A stretch of 59,786 bases of DNA, counting the filler, from Dugesia japonica (taxonomy: Eukaryota): NCBI GenBank assembly GCA_001938525.1. It is 5 parts of 5 records of this genome, joined end to end, with 100 filler letters (N's around TTAATTAATTAA, not from the genome) between each part and the next. Parts side by side here need not be neighbours in the genome. Positions count along the whole stretch, not along the records: positions 20,619 to 32,909 come from MQRL01603017.1; positions 33,010 to 43,947 come from MQRL01626657.1; 3 more parts are not named here. The stretch is one strand, 5' to 3'. Under the pieces are notes generated by a model. That model saw only the letters and a list, made by a program, of their open reading frames with translations. It ran no database searches and was not told the DNA's origin. Positions 25,512 through 36,840 of this stretch are shown in pieces. The first letter of the stretch is position 1; every line of letters begins with the position of its first letter. The translations under genes and the position numbers were made by a program.

Positions 25512-26394
25512 TTGTTCTAATGTTTGTTTCTATTGTTTATTGTATGATTTGGAATAAAAAAAATTTAAAAAAATTGTAAAATAAAAATATAAAAATAAAT
25601 ACTGTCATTTTATCTCCAACTTACCCCAGTAGTCCTGTCAGCTTTTCAGGAATTGTTAGATACAAAATCCGAAACACCATATACAGATCTTCGGGAAGCT
25701 ATAATCAACAGTAGCAAACTAACGACCTCTTATTATATAGATAAAAAGTTTCTACTCTTACCTCTTGGAGATCAAAGACTGTTAGATCGTCTTCGACAAT
25801 TACGGAGACACTTCCAAGAGATAGAACTTAATTAAAAAATNNNNNNNNNNNNNATGCTATTAAGAGATGCATTTATAAGAGCAATACCTCAAAATATCAA
25901 GCCTCATCTCGTCTCTAAGGAAAACTGCTCATTGATAGAACTGTTGGGGTGAAACACCCGGTCGGTAAATAAAACTTGGAGCCAAGGGCCCAAATCATAA
26001 AATAATGAAGAAGGGGGTTGAAAAAAAAATATTGATTAGGAATACGTATCTTTTGGCTAAAGATTATAATTATTATACTAATAAAAAAGATCAGATGAAT
26101 GAATTCAACCCTCATCAATTTCAATAATTAAGGAAAACTATAATTTATTAAGAAGAAACAAGAAAATTATTATTGAAAATAATAATAAATAAGCAAGAAA
26201 AAAATTAATTAATTTTAGCCAAAAAAATAAGTTAAACTAGACGAAAATTGGTTTTTGAAGGATATCTTTGCTCTAGAAAATTGCAAGAGATTCTAGCAAG
26301 AAAATCTGAGGAGGAAATGATATGGGGCAATAGGATTTTCTAACAAGAATATCCAACCAGCAACAGAAGGCCCGCTAAAGGGGTTGGAAGAATA

Positions 26395-26632
26395 GGCCAA
26401 TAATGGGCCAGAAAAGAAAAATAAAACAAAGCCCTGAAAAAAAACGAGGTGTCCTAAAAATAGGAACCAATGATTGTTGAAAAACTCTTAGAAAAATCAG
26501 AAAATTGGCGCAAGTACCAATGAAAAATAAGAAATTCAAAACAAAAATAGAAGGCCAATGGCGATTGTGCCGAGTTCTAAAGGGAAAGGTGTATAAACCC
26601 CCCGAAATTTAGAAGAAATCATCATCATTTTC
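26395..26632 (+). promoter_or_regulatory. Pol II promoter inside the insertion (4x CCAAT, TATA, Inr)
   Basis: CCAAT at 26397, 26467, 26517 and 26555; TATAAA at 26592; TCATT initiator-like motif about 30 nt downstream. Confidence 0.7.
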
Positions 26633-26970
26633 TCAATTTTGCTAATATAGGCACATTGTGTTACTATTATAACTAATTTTGGAGAACGATTTACAAGAAC
26701 TATTAATAATCGATTGTAAGCTCACAATTGTTAAATCACTTTACTAACCGTATCTATTTCGGAATTACAGAAGAGGAAAACTTTGGTCAATAATAAGAAG
26801 GGAATTGAACAGGAAAAACTATCATTCAAGTTTAACTGACATTGTTTCGCATTCTTAAAGAATAAACCGTTGCAGAAATTTCTACCTTATCAGTGAGTAT
26901 TAGTTGTTATTTCATGATATTAAATGATGATATCTTGCATTCATAATAAATATGTTTAATATTTTAGATC

Positions 26971-27155
26971 ATGCCGGTGGAACTACGAAATACCTTGCGC
27001 GTGATTCTAAGGCAACGCAGGTCAGCTCGTCAAAAACAATTAATAGGCCGACTACTATTTCAAGAATTGGTAGAACATCCCGAAAAACTGATTTACAGTG
27101 CTTCGTCGAGATGTTCCCGTTAAGATACAATGTGAACATCGACCAGGGAGATTAG
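26971..27155 (+). pseudogene. LTR cargo ORF1 (MPVELRNTLRVILRQRR..., probable frameshift)
   Basis: ATG lies 3 nt after the acceptor ending at 26967 of intron GTGAGT...TTTTAG (26893-26967); the region is GC-richer than its flanks. Confidence 0.5.
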
Positions 27156-27316
27156 TTGCTGATGCAAAACCTCGATTGTTTATTCATTTGTCGTAATTTC
27201 GTTAAAATACATAATAACCCAATGATTTTATTTCATATTTAATTAGTTGGAATTTTCCCCTTTATTGTTTTTTTAAAATTTTCTTTGATTAAGTAATGAG
27301 GTTTATTTATTTGTAG

Positions 27317-27736
27317 TGAACCATAATTGGGAAGTGATACATGAAAGGACCACCGGCCGGATGATATTCAAAAAATATCTCAACACGTATTATCGCGATG
27401 CCAGAATTTTAACAGAGCGGTCAAACCTGCCTGCGAATGTTGCTTACGAAGAAAGACTGATGGACGCCACTGATCGACAAGCATATTATCACTAGACCGG
27501 ACCTGATTGCAGTCATGCACGTTTTCCGTCAGAATCGTATCCACAGACTAAGTAAATGGTATGCCAATTTATGAGTGGGTCTGGAGAGAAAACACCTCCC
27601 TCCGCTTGAACCCGTCCTCATTCCGATAGGGCTAGGAGGAATAATCCGGGATACGCACTGCATTGTCCGAAATACTTCGAGTGGAGCTAATGATGAAAAC
27701 ATTGAATTACCCACGGATAGTGTACTATCTCCATAG
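27317..27736 (+). pseudogene. LTR cargo ORF2 (M/NHNWEVIHERTTGRMIFKKY..., disrupted)
   Basis: Acceptor TTGTAG|TG; open for 59 codons in the A|TG frame, then coding-like sequence continues in another frame. Confidence 0.5.
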
Positions 27737-27937
27737 TCGCGAAGTTTATCATTTTTATCTTTCTTAGTGTTTTTTAATAAAATGTTTTGGCTGTAGATAT
27801 TTGATTCATCAACTAATCATTTATTCGTTTATTGGTTGAATTCACTTCAGATTAAAATAATTTTTAGAATGCTTTGTTCACTCATATTCAATTTCTCTGA
27901 CTTTATAATCCATGATTAATTTAAATTCGAATACTAG

Positions 27938-28288
27938 TGCATTCTTCTATAAACCGCTCTGTCGCTCCAACCAAAAAAATAAGAGAAACCAGCGAAGATT
28001 TAGAGATGACGTGGGACCTATACCATCTTGCTAAGCGCCACTGAGAGGCGGACACTGCAACAGCAGAAAGTAAAGTAAAGAGGTATAAGGTCAAATGCAT
28101 TGCGTTCCGTAAAGAGGTTGATGCCTCACACGCACAAAAACGCTTGTAGTACACAAGTAGAATGTTTCGCGGAGAACATTCGATCCCTCCATGACCGTGA
28201 GAATAAACTGGTAACTGATATAATCAAACTTTGGGAACACATGCTACTGGAGCCTCTCATGGTGGATAAACCAACCCAAACTACATGA
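27938..28288 (+). pseudogene. LTR cargo ORF3 (M/HSSINRSVAPTKKIRE..., coiled-coil-like, disrupted)
   Basis: Acceptor ACTAG|TG; a premature stop and a frameshift are needed to reach the ...KLWEHMLLEPLMVDKPTQTT* end. Confidence 0.45.
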
Positions 28289-28442
28289 TCTTAAGATGTT
28301 GTGTTTTGTATAAATAAAACTGTTATTTATAATTTTAATCATGGGTCCTCTCCTACTCTTTTCTTTTATAGTAAGAAAAAATACGAATTTTGAATTGCTT
28401 TTAATTGACAGTAAAATTTCAACTTAATTATTTCTATTATAG

Positions 28443-28804
28443 TGCTGAGAATCAGACTTCCCACCAGTTTACGGCGCTGCCACCAACNTATTCAAAAATT
28501 GTTACTTGAGCGCCATATCAAGCGACAAAACGAACGCNNACTCCTACGACATCTTACCCAGCGCAACCGGTTGATTAAGAAATTAGATGTCATAGTCAAA
28601 AAACAAGACGAGTTAGCCGAACAAAAAAAACAAGTGCTCCAGCACAAAATCGAATTTCTAGAACAATATATTGCCGACCCGACTAGTCGCCTCGAGCAAG
28701 AGGCGTGGACTCGCTGGAATAGCGAGGATTATGAAGTCACTTTTGATTTCATGTCTATAGAGCCAACCCAGTGGTTAGACCCGGGTGCTCTCGATTACAT
28801 GTAG
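28443..28804 (+). CDS. LTR cargo ORF4, 120-aa coiled-coil protein of unknown family
   Basis: Acceptor TTATAG|TG; the ORF is uninterrupted but has no genomic ATG near its start. AATAAA follows at about 28812 and 28850. Confidence 0.6.
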
Positions 28805-29511
28805 ATAATTAAAAATAAATATTAATATTAGTGAATTCTTAGTTACTTTAATAAAAACAAAGAAGGGAAAATAATGAATCCACACCAAAGATACACGAGT
28901 AAGTACTCCAAATAAGCGTTGGGAGTCAACCGCTCCGTACTGAAGATCTAATCAGGGACATTAGGTAAATTCTTGAACGGGTCCTCTGAGGGCTGTTTTT
29001 TCCACAGCCAACTTGTTCTATCACAAACTCAGGTGGGACCCTAACAGAACTAAGAAAATTGGCTAACAGACCTGAGCAAATCAAATTTTTATAAGATGTA
29101 CACAGCATCTCGATTCAAACAATTACAAGCGGAGTATAGCAACTACGAGATGAAATAAATCAACTTAACATGGTTTATGCACAATATCAACAGATGGAAC
29201 TTGCAATTGCCAACACAAATATGGAAAATCAACCAGAAAATGCCGGGAACCATGTGATTGGAATTTTAAACAAACACAAGAAAATGAAAAAGGTTCTCAA
29301 TAATTACGGTGATTGAGAACCCTATCACTGCTGAACCGAAACTCATCTCTACAATATTCANTGTTCCCTGTTCTAATCGACACAGGAGCAGATGTCAGTA
29401 TTTTACCAGCCAAACCATTTCACATCAATTATTGTGAAACGACCAAACAACTCATTTCAGCTGGCGGTAACACAATTCCAACTCGGGGACAACGCACTTT
29501 GTACTTTAACA

Positions 29512-29695
29512 TTGTTGTAGAATGGATTAAATCGTTAAATGAGAAGATAACGATTAGAAATGAAATTTGTTCAAGCTGGATATTCAAACGTATTTTGGAA
29601 ATTAATTTCAAAATAACTGAAGTCAGCAATATCAGTAGACTTTCGGGAAGTAGTTTCATTCCAACACCAAAAAAATTCTAAATAAAAAGAAATAC
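29512..29695 (+). mobile_element. Fragment resembling a Maverick/Polinton-type DNA-polymerase-associated ORF
   Basis: SSWIFKRILEINFKITE...LSGSSFIPTPKKF resembles the GSGW...GSSYIPLP motif as I recall it. Confidence 0.45.
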
Positions 29696-29699
29696 AAGC

Positions 29700-30105
29700 A
29701 AGCAGCTTGTAGACAAACTTACACATCTGAACATAAGAAGAACAGATCCTTCAAAATCTTTGTAATAGGTTCCTGTATCAAAAATAGCTAACCTAGTCTA
29801 ACTACCTGGCAGAAATTTATTTCGCTTCTAATCCCGAAACCAGATAAGGAAGACTACACTAAACTAAATAACTGGAGACCGATCGGCCTTCTCAAAACGG
29901 TGTACGAAATTTTCACCACCTGACTCACAAACAAACTTCAGACATTGATATTCTGTCAGAAACTCCAACACAGAAACAGGAACAGTTCAGGCGAATTTGA
30001 AGGATGCATTGAGCATAACTTTGCTCAATCATATTTTATTAAAAATGCAAAGTTAATGAAAGCTACTTTCCACATAGCTTTCCTTGATATAATTGATGCA
30101 TTTTT
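29700..30105 (+). mobile_element. Non-LTR retrotransposon RT fragment (NeSL/R2-like)
   Basis: TWQKFISLLIPKPDKEDYTKLNNWRPIGLLKTVY...EGCIEHNF...AFLDIIDAF. Confidence 0.8.
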
Positions 30106-33100
30106 TCTGATTTTTCAGTATTTTCTCTCGATTATTGGAATTGCAATTTGCTAAATTCAGAACAACAATATGTTGAAAATATTAATAGAATAACAACATA
30201 GATTTATCAATTCAAAACTAAGATTATTTAATTGGTTAAATAATTGCGATAATTTAGTTAAAAGTTAGACTGAAATAATCGAATAATTATCACCTTTTAC
30301 TGAGTCCAGACCTTCTAGTGCCATAATAACAAATTTAAGAAGATGTGCAGAATTTCCAGTGTTTTCTCTCGATTTCATTTGCAAAACGCACTGGCACATA
30401 ACATTCAATACTATTTTCTGCATACAGAGCTCGGTGTAATTTACAACTTAGCAAAACTTCATGATGTTATGCATGTAATTGTTTTTCAATTAAATTATCC
30501 CTATGAAATCACAAGAGAAACACTTAAAATTCAGCACTACCAAGTTTATATAAATGCTGTCAGATCTCAAGTAATATCTTTTCCCACTTAACTTCTTGAA
30601 ATAAGTCTTCAAAAATTCCCAAAAATTCAAGTGGACATTTACTGTCTCAGAAACTAATTGGGATCAGACTTCTTCAGATATAATGGCATCATAATAGGCT
30701 GTCAACGGAATCAAATTATTCTCAAAAACAATACAGTGCAAGGATCGCGAAATAATGATAATTCCCATAGAACAGTGCACAATTATATGCTATACCACAA
30801 ACCAGAACTTTGAATCATGACAACTGGTCCACCTATATCTCAAAAACCTCGAAGAAACATCGCATTTGGAGCAAGTCTGAATCACGAAGTCAACGACAAA
30901 CTTGCTCCCATAGCATTTTTCTAAAGAAAATTAAACAAGGCAGAACAAATATATTCAATGTTTGATCGTGAACTTTGAGCCATATATCTATCCAACAAGA
31001 ATTTCAAGCATTACTTAGAAGTTTGCGAATTCACAATTTTAACAGATCACAAGCCACTACTATACATTCAATCAATGAAAAACCCAACAAACAGGCAATG
31101 GCGTCATATTGAGTTTATCAGTCAGTTCTCATTTCAGCTCAAGTACGTGAAAGGATCAGAAAACGTTGCAGCTGATTTCTTATCAAGAATTCCAGAAAAC
31201 ATTCTGAAGCCAAAATATTTTCAATAAAAAAGGATGAATTGTTCAAAGAACAACAATAAGACTCTTCACTCATACAATGTCACTCACTAAAAATAAAGAA
31301 GCTTGACGGAATCTTGACAAAGATTTTGCTACCCACGAGGTACACAAAGACTGATATTGAGAGATTTCACAATATTGCGCATCCATGGGCCAAGAAAACA
31401 ACAGATCTAATTTGAGCTCGTTACGTTTGTGCAAAGATGAAATCGGACATTCGAGAATAGACAAGGCAATGCAACAGATGTCAATCACAAAGAATTACAC
31501 GTCATTCGCAATATTCACTTAAACTTCTTACAGAATTAGGACGGTTCAAAGTGATGTACATGGATATTGTCGGAACTCTACATTAATGTGAAGGAAAGTG
31601 ATTCATTCTGACGATGATCGGTCGTTAAACATCTTGGCCTGAGGCCATACCAGTAAATAATTAACAACAAAAGCTATTTTAGATACGGTTGAAAAAGTGT
31701 GGATCAGTAGATTTGGCCCACCGGAGATCATGATCAAGTAAGACAATTTATATCAAATCAATTTAAAGAAATGTGCAAGAGATACGTAATTGATCACAGC
31801 AACACAACAGAATACCACCTACAATGTAACGGTAAAAGCGAGAGACTTCATCGAAGCCTAAAAAAATGCTATTCGAACACATAGTACAACTGCAGAACGG
31901 AGATGGTCCATTGACTTGCCTATAGTCATGCTTGNNNNNNNNNNNNNNNNNNNNNNNNNNNNNNNNNNNNNNNNNNNNNNNNNNCTGCAGAACGGAGATG
32001 GTCCATTGACTTGCCTATAGTCATGCTTGGACTAAGAAATGCAACAATTACAAAGCAATAAGCATCACCAGCGCAACTCGTCTATGGTTCTTAAACTCGC
32101 CTCCCGGAGACATCATTCTGACCACATGGAAATTTCCATTACGAAAGAAAATTTCCAGGCTGCAATACAAAGACTCGGGAGAACAAAGCCACACAATATT
32201 ACAAAAAGAACCATCTTCATTCCATCTGCTCTAAAAAATTGCAAACAATATGGCTCTGTGCACCCAATCTAACAAGCCTGAAATCACAATACGAATGATT
32301 ATGTCGTATAATCCAAATGAGTACAGATTAAAAGAAATTTGAAATTGACATCGATGGAATTAGAAAAACGGTATCAATTGACAGGCTGAAACCAACATTC
32401 ACTTATTGCCGGGTATTATGTAATATGACTTTTAATCATATTATATTTTAAATTAAATATATACTTTAAACAAATTCATTTTTTAATTTTAATTTTAATA
32501 AATATTGCCATTTTGTCTTTTATTTATGGTCTTTAAAAAGTACGAACTCAACAAGGAGCTATATCGATGATGAGTGTTAATATATTGAAAATCTTAAATG
32601 ATAGTCATAGTTATAAGCTGATAATTGATGGAAAATATAAATCAATGGCGACTAAGATAAGTAAAAAGAATATTCATAATGGTAACGATAACTGAAGGTA
32701 CAGAGTCATAGTGGATATAAAATGATTGGATGAAAATGATTGAACAAACCTGGACCAATAAAGGGTTAAAAACTACTTTGTTATGCATTAGAGGAGAGAA
32801 AGATGTTGGGATTGAGCCCACCACAAATTGAATTAGAAATGTGAATTAGAAGACATGAGAAAATTATATCAAGAAATGGTGGATAGACAACAAGAAAGAG
32901 AAGACTTTGNNNNNNNNNNNNNNNNNNNNNNNNNNNNNNNNNNNNNNNNNNNNTTAATTAATTAANNNNNNNNNNNNNNNNNNNNNNNNNNNNNNNNNNN
33001 NNNNNNNNNGATGAGACAGACTTGATATTTTGCAAGGTATGAGGCAGTGAAAAATTCATATTCTTAAATAGAAATAAAACATTTATAATTTTCAAATACA

Positions 33101-34019
33101 GAGTATAAATATTCAATAAATTGCCTAAATTTATTTAAAATTTGTATTTATTAATTTTCTTAATATTCTTAACTTGAAATAAACTTAATTAACAGAGAAT
33201 TTGTGCCGAATAAAGTTGAAAAATTGAAGAAATTCAATCATTTTTAATTCACTGCAAATAATCACTGAACAATCTAAATTATAATTATTTTGTAATTTAA
33301 AATCTTTTTAAATTTTTCAAGTAATAAACAATTTAAAATTAATTTGAAGAAAGTTTATACGATCAAAATATATTCAAAACAAACAATCACTCAAAAAATC
33401 AATATATAATTTTAAACTATTTTATCTCAATAATATTCAGTTATTTCTAATGAGAAAATAAAAATTTTTAAAAAATGTTACGAAAATATTTTAGAAAAAT
33501 ATTAATTTTAAAGTTTCAATATTATATGTATTTCATTAATATTTTTACAATATGGATTCTTAATTTATTTTAAAATTTTTATTAATTAATAAACAATTTT
33601 TTTTAATTTTTAATGTAAATTAAAACATAACTTTTTTGAAGATTACTGCTTTTAAATAAATAAATTAATTTCATATTCTTAAATAGCAATACAATAAATC
33701 GTTATTCACAGCAGAATTAAGAGTTATTTTTTAATTTATTTTTAAAATTCATTAACGAAGATTAACAATATTTGATAAAGAATTTTCATTTCATAAAAAT
33801 CATTTTAAAAACTGTTTAATTTTTTTTAATTATTTTCCTTTGAAAAATATATTTTTAAAATTTAAAATAAATTTTTTTTCTCTTTCAGAAATTTAAATTA
33901 AAATATTTTTAAATAATTTTTGAAAATTTAATTGAATACATTATCATGAAAACAANNNNNNNNNNNNNNNNNNNNNNNNNNNNNNNNNNNNNNNNNNNNN
34001 NNNNATTTAAAAAATTATA

Positions 34020-34619
34020 ATGGATATTGTCAATTTCCATAGTAACGACTTTATGAATTGTAAATATCAAAACAAATCTTATTCAGAATCCTCAAATATT
34101 AGATATTCTAAATGTAAAGCATTCGGTAGATCAGATCATTTTTGTGATAAATATAAAGTTAAAAAGATATTTGTAAATATGAAATTGACTGGATTATTAG
34201 CTGAAGAAACAAATATGTATAAAGGTGTAAAGATTATTTATAATGAACCAGCAGAAGCTCATCTATCATCGGAATATTGGGGTTTATATACATTTAAAGG
34301 TGATGAATCGTTACCAACTATTCATCTTCACCGACAAAGTGCCTTTTTAATTGGAAAACACAAAGATATCTGTGAAATCTTCATGGCTCATCCAAGTATT
34401 AGTAAACAACATGCAGTAATTCAATTTAGGAACATGGACGATTGCGTTAAACCATATATTATTGATTTAAAATCAACTAACGGTACATTTATTAACGGTA
34501 TCNNNNNNNNNNNNNNNNNNNNNNNNNNNNNNNNNNNNAAAGACGTTTTGAAATTCGGATTTTCATGTCGTGAATATGTTTTACTAACAGATAAATCAGT
34601 AAATTCAGATCGACAATAA
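34020..34619 (+). CDS. SNIP1: SNIP1/Pml1-like FHA-domain protein (intronless)
   Basis: LTGLLAEETNMYKGVKIIYNEPAEA...LYTFKGDESLP..HLHRQSAFLIG...HPSISKQHAVIQFR...KPYIIDLKSTNGTFING...DVLKFGFSCREYVLL. The duplicate at 34729-34977 fills the gap with QIEAQKYYELQE. Confidence 0.9.
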   Translation: MDIVNFHSNDFMNCKYQNKSYSESSNIRYSKCKAFGRSDHFCDKYKVKKIFVNMKLTGLLAEETNMYKGVKIIYNEPAEAHLSSEYWGLYTFKGDESLPTIHLHRQSAFLIGKHKDICEIFMAHPSISKQHAVIQFRNMDDCVKPYIIDLKSTNGTFINGIXXXXXXXXXXXXKDVLKFGFSCREYVLLTDKSVNSDRQ

Positions 34620-36232
34620 AGATGATATTTATAAAATATTGTTTTTAAGTTAATATTTATTTTTGAAAAGTTTCCTATNNNNNNNNNNNNNNNNNNNNNN
34701 NNNNNNNNNNNNNNNNNNNNNNNNNNNNGGAACATGGACGATTGCGTTAAACCATATATTATTGATTTAAAATCAACTAACGGTACATTTATTAACGGTA
34801 TCCAAATAGAGGCACAAAAGTATTATGAATTACAGGAGAAAGACGTTTTGAAATTCGGATTTTCATGTCGTGAATATGTTTTACTAACAGATAAATCAGT
34901 AAATTCAGATCGACAATAAAGATGATATTTATAAAATATTGTTTTTAAGTTAATATTTATTTTTGAAAAGTTTCCTATAAAAAGTTATGCATTTTTTTTG
35001 GTTTATTTATGGTGTAAATATTTCAAGATTATCAATTTACAAACCAAATATGTTTCAATATGATAAAAAGAGCATAACAATAGTAAAATAAATTAATGGA
35101 AATTTAGACAAATAATTATTTTCACAATGAAGAAGATTTTCTTTACAAGCACTATCGACAATCACTCATTTCAAACTGTTTTAAAATTAAAAGTTAAATT
35201 TGAAAAGATGTTCAAAAAAGAAACTTTTGACAATTCCTTCAAATTTATTTGTACAGAAAAAATATTTTCAAATCGATATTTAATTCATGAATGAAGTTAA
35301 GAAATTAAATATTTTTTGAAATTATTAAAACAAATATAGTTTTTACTTGAATATTTGCATTTTTAGTCATATGTTATTTACTTTATATAAAATTTTTTTA
35401 ATATTTATGGGTATATAATTCAAATTGTATATTGTACTTCAATGCTTATTACTTCTATGTTAAAAATCACCTACACACGATTTTAGGTACATTTAATTTA
35501 TAGTCAGAAGCATAAAAATTTATTGTTGGATTTTACCCACGAGCTCTACCAATAGAAATAAATAATATTAATAATGAATAAAACTATAGTGATAAAGTAA
35601 TAGTAAGAATAATGATCAGTTATAAGGTTATTGGAAATAACAAAGATAAAAATGATAATAATAACTATTGCAATAATAATAGGAGTAACGGATCCCATTG
35701 ATACAAAAAAAATAATAATAACTGGATCAAATTGAACAATTTTTTTGCCAGATTAATTAAGAGATTTAATTATAATAATGATAATGACAATTAATGATTA
35801 TATAAATAATATTAAAAACACTAATAATAAATCTAATAATATCGATAATAATTTTATATAAATCGAATAAATCATAATAAATCTACTTATAAATAATAAG
35901 AATAATGATAAAAAAAATACCACTACTACATATAATTATCTAACTCATCATACAATACTTGCTCTTCAAGCTCATTTCAAAATTAATAAATCTATACAAC
36001 CATAACTCATAATCATCACACACTTTCATACCTTTATCTCCTTGACCTGCTCAATTTTAATTTTTTTAATACTTGTGTTCTAGCCCAACAACATTATTAA
36101 TAAGACAAGCAGTGTTATTAATCCCATGACGATTATCATTAGTATTATTGTGACCAATATATTTGTTGAGAATCACCAACATAAAAAACACAACATAGCA
36201 TCTGATATTTCAATCACCAGATTCAGTCCAAC

Positions 36233-36388
36233 ATTCGAAAAGCAGATCCAATCAATCCCCAATCAATTCAATTATTAGGCATTTAAAAATAATCGATATT
36301 TCTGCACATAATTCGAAAAGCAGATCCAATCAATCCCTAACCAATTCAATTATTAGACATTTAAAAATAATCGATATTTCTGTGCATA
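36233..36388. repeat. Tandem duplication of about 78 bp
   Basis: ATTCGAAAAGCAGATCCAATCAATCCC...GATATTTCTG occurs twice with a few substitutions. Confidence 0.85.
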
Positions 36389-36611
36389 AAAAACTTTAAA
36401 AAACTTGATATGTGAATTCATTTTTTTGTTATGGTTATTGAATTATTGATCTTGTAAATAGTTGTGCATCAATAATTTTATATTTTTGATGAAATGAATA
36501 ATGATTTTGATATATTTAAAAATCTGGTAAAATTTTTTTGTAAAAATTTTGTGCATCAATAATTTTATTTTTATATTTTTTTGATGAAATGAATAAAACT
36601 TTTTAAATATT

Positions 36612-36840
36612 GTAGTGGGTGTATGAAACCTACTAATGTAAAAATCAGTATAAATACTGATTAGTTTTAGTCGATTAGCAGACATTTATTTGCAGAGACT
36701 CTAACCTGTTCGGGCAGCAGTCCTCTGGTAAATTAAAATACTGCGGATAAGGCTTATAGTTTGTAACGATATCTGATATAAAATAAAAGTTTTGAAAAAG
36801 GTGTTTATTTATTTCCTTTATATAGGAATCGATACAACAT
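36612..36840 (+). mobile_element. Possible short LTR
   Basis: Starts TGTAGTGG, has TATAAA (about 36648) and AATAAA (about 36782), and could end ...ACAACA. No TSD was verified. Confidence 0.3.

Larger units (their letters stand above)
25942..29046 (+). mobile_element. 3,105-bp insertion, probable giant solo LTR carrying spliced accessory ORFs
   Basis: Termini TGTTGGGGT...ACCCTAACA (8/9 inverted), TSD GAAC at 25938-25941 and 29047-29050. Removing it restores gag ...KENCSLIE|LRKLA. Confidence 0.85.
25610..32553 (+). mobile_element. Degenerate Ty3/Gypsy element hosting nested insertions
   Basis: gag (25610-25941 rejoined to 29051 onward), protease LIDTGADVSILP (about 29370), RNase H YSMFDREL/TDHKPL/NVAADFLSR (30860-31190), integrase MDIVG/WPEAIP/CNGKSERLHRSLK/VSIDRLKP, and a probable short 3' LTR from 32419. 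Confidence 0.88.

Noticed and set aside
25933-29023. TGATAGAAC...GTTCTATCA as the element's TIRs
   Set aside because: These ends give no TSD and do not restore the gag frame, whereas 25942-29046 does both.
34729-34977. Tandem second SNIP1 copy
   Set aside because: It is identical to 34429-34678 and flanked by gaps, so it is an assembly overlap.
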